Position numbers and translations under genes: made by a program
The notes under the pieces: model-generated
What the model was told of the DNA's origin: nothing
What the model saw: only the letters and a program-made list of their open reading frames with translations
Databases searched by the model: none
Shown: positions 9,888 to 17,086 of the stretch, piece after piece
Layout: every line of letters starts with the position of its first letter
Position numbering within the stretch: the first letter of the stretch is position 1
Assembly (NCBI GenBank): GCA_045863335.1
Contig: BTVY01000080.1
Coordinates: forward strand, 1-17,086
Source: Candidatus Hydrogenedentota bacterium
GTDB lineage: Bacteria > Hydrogenedentota > Hydrogenedentia > Hydrogenedentales > SLHB01
DNA length: 17,086 nucleotides
Direction of reading: 5' to 3'

Positions 9888-11474
9888 ATGGCCAGGTTCC
9901 TACGCCGGAACGCCGCATTAACTGTGTCCATTCTTGGGATCATCGCCGCGCTGATAGCCGTTCCTCTACTATTGCGGCCATCCGTTGCGGGGGCCACGGC
10001 CCCGGAGGATATCGTCGCGGGGCAATCCCGTATCCAGGTGGCGTCCTTGTCCACCGCCAAGGATGCGCTGCCGCAATTCCTGCTCTCCGCATCGCCCGAA
10101 ATGAGCACACCGAGCGCCATTGCGAAGTTCTCCACAGCGGAGCAGGCATGGCTGTCGGACCAGCTTACCAACGCCGTTGTGGCGTATGTGGATGTGATGG
10201 AGACGCATCCCGATACCGCCCAGGCGAAGGCAGCCGATTCGCGGGTTGACTATATCTTTGAACGGCTCACGCCGGACGCGGCAGCCGCGATCGAAGCGCA
10301 ATTACCGTCAATGGACGCGCTTACGAACCCCGACGCGGTTGCCTCAGTCGGGTCGTTCTATTTCCTGCGGGCCATCGCGATTGCCGATTCGGAACCCGAA
10401 CTGGCGGCGAGATACTTCGCGACGGTGTGCGACGACGGTTGGCGGATCTTCACGGAGAACCTTGACGACGATTTCAAAATGAAGATTCTGGAGGCCTATC
10501 TGGTCTCGGCCGATGCTATCGGCCGTGGCGAGGAAATCCGGGCCAAACTTTCGGCCCATGCGAACGAGATCCCGCCGTCCTTCACCTCCTGGTTGATCAA
10601 GACCGTCGTCGACGGTCAAGAGCCACCGTTTGCCTTCGTTCCCTCAGTCGAGGGCCGGAACTCCGTCAAGGAGTTCTATCTCGTGCAGGGCCGGGGAGCC
10701 TCCAATCCTGCCATGGCCGAATCGTTCTACGCCAAGGCGTTGGAGGCGTCGTGGCTGCTGTTGAACGAACAGCCCAGCGACTTGCCGGTTTTCAGCTATG
10801 CCGAAGATTTCCTGAGCGCGGCGGAAGGCTTGGGCGAAACGCGCCGGGCCGAGGCAGTTGCGATGCTCGAGGAACGGCTGGAATCCGAACCGCTCTCCAT
10901 CATGCGCTGGATCACCCGGTACGAACTGGCCGTCCATCTCACCCGCCCCGGTGCCAACGAAGAAGAAACCATAGCCGGGTTCGGCCATTTCAACACGCTC
11001 GTCGAGGAAGCGGCGAGCGGCGTGGTCGATGCGGCCATCAACGATCCCCGCGCGGAAGAGGATACGCGCGGATTGCTGATCTGTGTGCTGGGCCATGCGT
11101 ATTACGGCACCAACCGCGTCGACGAAGCGGATGCCTGTTATCAGCTTGTGCTGGAACATTTTCCACCGGAATCGCACGCCGGAGAAAGCGCATCGTTTTC
11201 GCGGGTCGAAGTGGCGCGACGCCAAAATTTCGGGGACACGGACGGCATCGTGGACGCCTACGAGCAGTTCGCCGCGAGCTACCCGGACTCCTATTACGGT
11301 CCCTTGGCCATGATCCGGGCCGGCGAGGAACTCACCCAGGCCAAGCGCTTCGACAGCGCGGAATCGGTGTATCAGCGGATCTTGGACAACTACAGCACGA
11401 GCTCCAATGCTAAGGCCGCGGAGGAACGCCTCAATGAACTGGCGGTTCTACGTGCCGCCAGCGAAGCGCAGTAG
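9888..11474 (+). CDS. Membrane-anchored/exported tetratricopeptide-repeat protein
   Basis: ATG 9888 with GGGGGA SD. Basic N-terminus plus hydrophobic segment (AALTVSILGIIAALIAVPLLL) and an Ala-rich helical body. C-terminal CpoB/BamD-like TPRs (CYQLVLEHFP, YEQFAASYPDSYYGPLA, YQRILDNYSTS). Confidence 0.8.
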   Translation: MARFLRRNAALTVSILGIIAALIAVPLLLRPSVAGATAPEDIVAGQSRIQVASLSTAKDALPQFLLSASPEMSTPSAIAKFSTAEQAWLSDQLTNAVVAYVDVMETHPDTAQAKAADSRVDYIFERLTPDAAAAIEAQLPSMDALTNPDAVASVGSFYFLRAIAIADSEPELAARYFATVCDDGWRIFTENLDDDFKMKILEAYLVSADAIGRGEEIRAKLSAHANEIPPSFTSWLIKTVVDGQEPPFAFVPSVEGRNSVKEFYLVQGRGASNPAMAESFYAKALEASWLLLNEQPSDLPVFSYAEDFLSAAEGLGETRRAEAVAMLEERLESEPLSIMRWITRYELAVHLTRPGANEEETIAGFGHFNTLVEEAASGVVDAAINDPRAEEDTRGLLICVLGHAYYGTNRVDEADACYQLVLEHFPPESHAGESASFSRVEVARRQNFGDTDGIVDAYEQFAASYPDSYYGPLAMIRAGEELTQAKRFDSAESVYQRILDNYSTSSNAKAAEERLNELAVLRAASEAQ

Positions 11475-11516
11475 GTCTTTTACAGGGGATTCCGAGCACA
11501 GCAACGGGGGTGTGCG

Positions 11517-14500
11517 ATGAAGATAGATGGCAGCAAGTTCTTTCAGGTACTTCGTAGAAGCCAACACCGGGAAAGGTTCACCCGAGGACCGGGCCTCCGC
11601 TCAAAGAACATCCCCCTTGATCCCCCTTCAAAGGGGGAGTTATCCACAACGCCTCGCGTTGTGTTCCGGGCGGATGTGAACAATCGGATGACGCATGGTG
11701 ATATGGATTTTCCAGTACACACTGATAAGCACAATTCCCCCTTTGAAGGGGGATCAAGGGGGATGTTCTTCGGATTACAGCGGCCTCAGGCAGCGCATCG
11801 TCCGTTGCACGAAGTTGTAATGAGCGCGCTGTTCGTGGCCGCGCTCGTTTTTCTAACGGGTTGGGGCGGCATAGATACGGCCTCAGCCTGTAGTCCCCCG
11901 CCCACTTATACGCTGACAACGCAAGTCACCGGCCAGGGCACCATAACGCCATCCAGCGGGGTCTACTCGTCGGGAACAATAGTCAATATTTCCGCCACGG
12001 CAAGTACGGGCTGGGAATTCGACCATTGGGAAGTCGATCTCACCGGGGATACCAACCCGACGACGATCACCATGAACGCAAATAAGACCGTACGCGCGGT
12101 TTTCGTGCAGGAGCACTACACCCTGTCGCTGTCGGTGAACAATGCCAGTGCGGGGAGCGCCACGCCTTCACCGGCGCCCGGTCCTGAGGGCTACCTGTCC
12201 GGGACGGTCGTTACCGTAACGGCTGTTGCGAATCCGGGATACGTGTTTGACCATTGGGAAGGCGATCTCACGACGTCAAATAATCCTGACACGATTACGA
12301 TGAACGCGGACAAGGTGGTCACGGCAATTTTCCTCACGGAATACACGTTGACCACCTCCGTGCAGGGTAGCGGATCGGTGACCCTCGCCCCTCCGGGAGG
12401 GACTTATGCCCAAGGCACGCAAGTCACCTTAACTGCGGTAGCCAACACCGGTCGGGATTTTGACCACTGGGAAGGCGCGGCATCGGGCACGTATCCGGTT
12501 ACGGTCGTCACGATGAACGCGAACAAGGCGGTCACAGCGGTGTTCGTGGAAACCCATTACACGTTGACCTTGAGTGTAAACGATCTTGCACGCGGCTCGG
12601 TGACGCCAACTCCGGCCCCAGGGCCGCAAGGATATCCAGCGGGCACGACGGTTACGCTGAATGCTGCCGCCAATCCAGGTTTTGTGTTTTCTCACTGGAT
12701 CGGGGATCTGGTCACTTCGGCGAACCCTGAATCCATCCTCATGAACGCCAACAAGGCCGTTACTGCGGTGTTCGTGCCGGAATACACCCTGACTGCGACG
12801 GTCCAAGGCAGCGGCACCATCGAACTTTCTCCGCCGGGGGGAGTATATCCAGAAGGCCAGAATGTCACGGTTACCGCGTCCCCGGCTACCGGCTGGGTCT
12901 TTGATCACTGGGAAGGCGCTGCGACAGGCGGTACGAATCCCACAACGGTGGTCATGAATGCGAACAAGGCGGTGACGGCGGTCTTTCTCCAGCGGTTTAC
13001 ACTTACCGTCACGACGGAAGGCAGCGGGTCAGTCGCCCCGTCTGGCGGGGTGTACAGCGCCGGGACCCAGGTGCCTCTCACCGCAACTCCGTCAGGCCAA
13101 GACGTATACTTCATCGAGTGGCAGGGCGACCTCAGCGGATCAGACAACCCTGCGCCGCTGACCGTCGATGGGCACAAGAACGTCACCGCCGTGTTCGCGA
13201 AGAAGTTCCAGGTGAACACCTATGCCGTCGGCAACGGCACGGTCGCGCCGCCCTCCGGCCTGTTCCGGGAAGGCGTGGAGGTCGAGTTCACGGCCACCCC
13301 GGCGACGGATTGGGCTTTCGACCGCTGGTCGGGCGATTTGCCGGGCGGGGTGAACCGGTACATCGAGGCCACGTCGACCCAGATCGAGCGGGCCATGAAC
13401 GTGTATGCCCACTTCATCGAGCGCCCCGGCCTGAGCGATCTGGATATGGTCGGCGATTTGAACTACTTCCTTCTGGCCGTGGGCGAGAGCGCGACGGCGG
13501 CCACCTTCGACCGGAACGGCATCGACTACGATTCCAGCCTGAACCGCCTCTATGTGGGCAACGGAATTCTGGATGCGGCGGAGTTGTATCTGCTAGAGAC
13601 GGTGCTCAAGACGCGGCATCTTGACCTGACGCGTAAGGCGGCCATCGCACACGATCCGGTGTGGGCCGCGTGGCAGACGAATCTCGCCCAAGCCAACGTG
13701 GACATGACCGGATACGATGGCCGAATCCTCAGGATTGTGGCGGGCTATATGACGTTAGGAAACTTCGACAGCGTGGAATGCATCAAATACATTGTGGAAG
13801 ATGCATTTACCGGCATCACCATCGACCCGGCGGACTACGACCGATTCCCGCAACGGTATCTGAACATGAAGCGGGATGCGGACAACGACGGGATTTCGAA
13901 TCGCGAGGAATGGGAACTCGCATCGCCCACGAGTTCGCTGGATAATCTTGCGGGGTTCTCGGCTGCAGCTACCGATGGTCAGCAAGCTGGTGGGTACGAG
14001 CCGGAAACGCTGCAGCCCAGCGGGTGCGAGAATGATGAGTGCCTCGATCGAGGATCATTTTATGTTTATGCAGCGCTCTTCGGCGACCCTCCCGATGATT
14101 GCGAAGTGTCGGGCTCGCCCATCGGCGAAGGAATCGCACTGGGAACACCATTCGAAGTCACGGCCACGCCCGATTCGGCAAATGGTTGGGGATTCTGGGC
14201 ATGGCTAACGCAAGGGCCGTCGATGATCAATGGCAGCCGCGATGTGCAGGAATACGATCGCCTGCAGGGGAATGTTACTGCAATTGCAGTGTTCGGGCGT
14301 TTGGGCCTAAAGTTGCCGAAGGCTGGGGGCGCTGCCGATATCACAATCACCCCATCGGACGGGGCTCTCATCGAGGAGGACGAAGATTTTCGGTACGTCT
14401 TCGGCCCGCCGGGAAGTGAAGTGACGCTGACGGCGGAATCGACTCTTCCGGGATGGATCGTAGTAGATTGGGAGCTGAAAGGCGGAATAGGGTATGCGGA

Positions 14501-15656
14501 CCCACGGTATTCACGGGAGAAGTCGGTGACCTTGCCACTCGGTGGCGGATACGCCCGGCCCCGGCTGAATACGCAGGCGCCCAACACGAAACGCATCGAA
14601 GTGCTTGTAAAGCAGGGTGGCACCGTGCATGCCTCGCAATCCACGGGGTGGGGAGGCATTTTTCTTCACACAGTAGCAGTTGACGAATCATCGCTTGTGG
14701 ATCTGGCCGCCGTCGCGAACCCCGGCTGGGAATTCGTGGAATGGCAGATGGCAGGTCTCACTCCCGGGCAAAAGGTCGATTCGAATCTTACCGGACTGTC
14801 GGCGAATCAAGTTGACGAGGCTGTCGCGCTGTTCGCGAAGCGATCGGAGTACATCCTGGACATTGAAGTGATCGACGCCGACGGCGGCGATCCAAAGTGC
14901 GCGGGCTATGTCACAGTAGATCCGGCGAAGAAGTACTATTACGCGACCGACGGCCCGGTCGAGCTGACCGCCAATCCACAACCTGGGCACCGTTTCCTTG
15001 GCTGGGATGGGGACTTCCCGCTAATACCTCACCAGCCAACACCAGAAATCGAAGTGGATGTGGCTGCATTGGGAACGGATTGGACCATCAGGGCAATTTT
15101 TGCCCCAGAGGCTGTAGTCGTCAACTTTCACTTCGACGATAGTAAAGTGTATCCCATCAACCCGTTATGGCTCAACTGCAGCCCCGAATATATATGGGGA
15201 TCCAGCACGGGCGACATTGCAGACCTGACAGGGAAAAAAGTGGTGGAAGTGCTGTCGTTCGATGTGAATTTGGACTTCCAAACCGATGTACTTCCTTTTC
15301 TGCAATCAGGTAATGAAGAAAGTGACGAGATGTACGCACTCGATGAACCTTGGAGCCAATACTTCGGCAGCCAAGTACCCCTGTTAGTAAGATGGGCTGA
15401 GATCGACGCGACGAAAGCGTTCCTACGAGAGGAGCATGGCGGAAGACCAATTCCCGATCCGCTCATCTCACTCCAGTGTTACACGAAAAAGCAATGGTAC
15501 GTTTCACAATCAGACCGATTCTGCGAAAAATGGCAACTTATCGGGGGCCCCTATCTTATTGAACGATGTTTCTCGCCCGGAGCAAATAACACGATTCATT
15601 ATTGTATCACGAAATCCCCAGATATTAATGAATGCATAGATTTCTCGCTCGAGTAA
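11517..15656 (+). CDS. Large secreted surface protein with InlB B-repeat-like (Flg_new-type) domains, DxDxDG motif and unique Cys-rich C-terminal domain
   Basis: 1379-aa ORF. A hydrophobic signal segment ends TASA|C. Seven clear repeats of about 70 aa (YTLT...G.Y..GT.V..TA....GW.FDHW.G......NP....MNANK.V.AVF) are followed by a helical domain, four degenerate repeats and a 184-aa tip. The true start may be 11517, 11763 or 11820. Confidence 0.85.
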   Translation: MKIDGSKFFQVLRRSQHRERFTRGPGLRSKNIPLDPPSKGELSTTPRVVFRADVNNRMTHGDMDFPVHTDKHNSPFEGGSRGMFFGLQRPQAAHRPLHEVVMSALFVAALVFLTGWGGIDTASACSPPPTYTLTTQVTGQGTITPSSGVYSSGTIVNISATASTGWEFDHWEVDLTGDTNPTTITMNANKTVRAVFVQEHYTLSLSVNNASAGSATPSPAPGPEGYLSGTVVTVTAVANPGYVFDHWEGDLTTSNNPDTITMNADKVVTAIFLTEYTLTTSVQGSGSVTLAPPGGTYAQGTQVTLTAVANTGRDFDHWEGAASGTYPVTVVTMNANKAVTAVFVETHYTLTLSVNDLARGSVTPTPAPGPQGYPAGTTVTLNAAANPGFVFSHWIGDLVTSANPESILMNANKAVTAVFVPEYTLTATVQGSGTIELSPPGGVYPEGQNVTVTASPATGWVFDHWEGAATGGTNPTTVVMNANKAVTAVFLQRFTLTVTTEGSGSVAPSGGVYSAGTQVPLTATPSGQDVYFIEWQGDLSGSDNPAPLTVDGHKNVTAVFAKKFQVNTYAVGNGTVAPPSGLFREGVEVEFTATPATDWAFDRWSGDLPGGVNRYIEATSTQIERAMNVYAHFIERPGLSDLDMVGDLNYFLLAVGESATAATFDRNGIDYDSSLNRLYVGNGILDAAELYLLETVLKTRHLDLTRKAAIAHDPVWAAWQTNLAQANVDMTGYDGRILRIVAGYMTLGNFDSVECIKYIVEDAFTGITIDPADYDRFPQRYLNMKRDADNDGISNREEWELASPTSSLDNLAGFSAAATDGQQAGGYEPETLQPSGCENDECLDRGSFYVYAALFGDPPDDCEVSGSPIGEGIALGTPFEVTATPDSANGWGFWAWLTQGPSMINGSRDVQEYDRLQGNVTAIAVFGRLGLKLPKAGGAADITITPSDGALIEEDEDFRYVFGPPGSEVTLTAESTLPGWIVVDWELKGGIGYADPRYSREKSVTLPLGGGYARPRLNTQAPNTKRIEVLVKQGGTVHASQSTGWGGIFLHTVAVDESSLVDLAAVANPGWEFVEWQMAGLTPGQKVDSNLTGLSANQVDEAVALFAKRSEYILDIEVIDADGGDPKCAGYVTVDPAKKYYYATDGPVELTANPQPGHRFLGWDGDFPLIPHQPTPEIEVDVAALGTDWTIRAIFAPEAVVVNFHFDDSKVYPINPLWLNCSPEYIWGSSTGDIADLTGKKVVEVLSFDVNLDFQTDVLPFLQSGNEESDEMYALDEPWSQYFGSQVPLLVRWAEIDATKAFLREEHGGRPIPDPLISLQCYTKKQWYVSQSDRFCEKWQLIGGPYLIERCFSPGANNTIHYCITKSPDINECIDFSLE
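11604..11770. repeat. Inverted REP-like doublet (38-bp arms, 91-bp spacer; MITE/REPIN-like)
   Basis: 11604-11641 is the reverse complement of 11733-11770 at 37 of 38 positions, and the single mismatch is a G-U pair on the + transcript. Confidence 0.9.
11907..13415 (+). repeat. Seven tandem InlB-B/Flg_new-like protein repeats
   Basis: Recurring FDHWEG/FSHWIG/FIEWQG/FDRWSG and MNANKAVTAVF motifs with a period of about 66-76 aa. Confidence 0.9.
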
Positions 15657-15772
15657 GTGAGATTAATCCACATTAATTTTCGTCGAGGGAGTCATTGCCG
15701 ACATTGACTACTAACATGTTCTATGCCGCTCTGGCGTCACACGTGATACCTACTACGATTGGAGTTGCCGAA

Positions 15773-16735
15773 ATGCCATTCTTACGAATCAAGTTTTTCC
15801 CGCAGGCCGCCAATTGTCTGATCCTTGCCGCTTTATCGCTGAGCACGGCGGGATACGCCGACATGGTAACGAGTGGTCCGATCACCGCCGATCTGCGCGT
15901 CAGCGTGTCAGATGACTCGGTGCCGGCCGGGTTTCCGCTCAAATTGAACATTCAAGTAACATCATCGCCGGAAGCAACCAGTGCCCCCCTCCGTATGTTT
16001 GAATTCGAGAGCAGCAACTCGTCGTTAGCGATAATCAACGATCAAGGGCAGACTGTCTCGCGTTCGCTTCCACCCTTGTCGGTGAACGATGGTTTTCTAT
16101 CGGATATTCTGTATTGGGGAGTGCGCCTTGACAAGGCAGGCTCAAGTGCCGTCCTCACAATGCCCTTTGAGGCATGGTGCTCGACCGACCTCGCACCAGG
16201 CACGTATAGGTTGAAATTCACCATCTCTGAATTTCTCTTCAAGACTTGGACCAATGGCTCTGGCTCTACCAAGTCCTACTCCAATGAGGCGCCCTACACG
16301 TGGGAAGCGAAATTGATCATAGAAGAAGAAGATGTAGGTCGTGTCGAAGCTGCCTATGCCCACCTGCTAGCTGCCGCAAGGCAAGATATCACATCTCGAG
16401 ATACAGAGACCGCTCGAAAGATGATCGTTCTTGCGAAATCGCGCGTGGCAACTTCGTATCAACTGCAACTCTTGCGATGTCCGGAATTGCAACAAATGGA
16501 CGTCTCTCATCTTTGCCGCGCATTGGTCCGGCAAGGCGGCGCGGATGTAGCAACAGGAATTGTCGAAACCTTGCAGTCTGATCAAGTAACGCAGAAGTGG
16601 AAGAGGCATTTGATCTCGTGGGCGCTTTACCAAATACACCAGAAGAGAAACCCCAACGTGCTCGAGATAACGGAACCGTACTTCGAGGCCCACAAGCCAC
16701 CACGAAATCCAAGCTACTACATGGCAGACTTCTAG
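15773..16735 (+). CDS. Exported hypothetical protein (beta-sandwich N-terminal half, helical-repeat C-terminal half); candidate cognate partner or immunity protein
   Basis: ATG 15773 with GGAG SD, 320 aa. Signal peptide MPFLRIKFFPQAANCLILAALSLSTAGYA|D. The LAPGTYRLKF strand motif is typical of Ig-like folds. GC is low relative to the core genes. Confidence 0.7.
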   Translation: MPFLRIKFFPQAANCLILAALSLSTAGYADMVTSGPITADLRVSVSDDSVPAGFPLKLNIQVTSSPEATSAPLRMFEFESSNSSLAIINDQGQTVSRSLPPLSVNDGFLSDILYWGVRLDKAGSSAVLTMPFEAWCSTDLAPGTYRLKFTISEFLFKTWTNGSGSTKSYSNEAPYTWEAKLIIEEEDVGRVEAAYAHLLAAARQDITSRDTETARKMIVLAKSRVATSYQLQLLRCPELQQMDVSHLCRALVRQGGADVATGIVETLQSDQVTQKWKRHLISWALYQIHQKRNPNVLEITEPYFEAHKPPRNPSYYMADF

Positions 16736-16970
16736 TGCCAATGGCGGTGATTCTACCCATCACGGCCAAATTCTCCATATGGCTTGTCTGAGGCCAAGAG
16801 GCATGTCGTGGATGCAGTGTCGGGAGAACTTCACGGAGAGGACCAATCACTTCCTTTTCGAATAGTCTATCCCGAATTACCGGTACGACATATCGAGATT
16901 CGCGAGTCGGGACTGGCGAGTCACGAGTAGCCGTATTGGCAAGAAACCACACGACCAAGATAATGCCGCT

Positions 16971-17086
16971 CTGGCACCCGGCGGTATCTACCCGATACAG
17001 GAACTATTGGTTACTGTCGGCGGCGGGGACGAACTCGGTGTTCGACCATTGGGAAGGCGGGGCGTCGGGGACGGCGAACCCGGTGA
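16971..17086 (+). pseudogene. Frameshifted orphan copy of the large-protein repeat unit (runs off window)
   Basis: LAPGGIYP (16971-16994) in one frame and VFDHWEGGASGTANPV (17038-17085) in another match repeats 3 and 5 (LAPPGGTY...DFDHWEGAASGTYPV; LSPPGGVYP...VFDHWEGAATGGTNP). No signal peptide or plausible start precedes it. Confidence 0.7.

Noticed and set aside
11820-11895. Lipoprotein call for the large protein (TASA-C)
   Set aside because: The lipobox is non-canonical with an Asp just upstream, and A-S-A fits signal peptidase I equally well, so this is left unresolved.

Overview
GC-rich bacterial window with three parts. (1) 1-2070 is an accessory islet. It holds the left end and 5' part of an IS630-family element inserted at a CTAG site inside a small membrane-protein gene, an orphan Imm50-like immunity gene, a GNAT acetyltransferase and a hicAB toxin-antitoxin pair. 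(2) 2159-9425 is a minus-strand core block: secA, then an ispH-shc-hpnH isoprenoid/hopanoid operon with its own sigma70-like promoter. (3) 9632-17086 is a plus-strand envelope locus. A strong promoter precedes a membrane-anchored TPR protein and a large secreted protein with about 11 InlB-B/Flg_new-like repeats, a helical DxDxDG domain and a low-GC Cys-rich C-terminal tip. A low-GC exported partner gene follows, then a frameshifted orphan copy of the repeat at the window edge. This arrangement resembles a polymorphic toxin or tip-cassette exchange system and is the best candidate for an undescribed system (inference only). A palindromic REP-like repeat family occurs once between shc and hpnH and as an inverted doublet inside the 5' end of the large ORF. 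The large-protein architecture recalls Candidatus Hydrogenedentes surface proteins (from recall, not verified).
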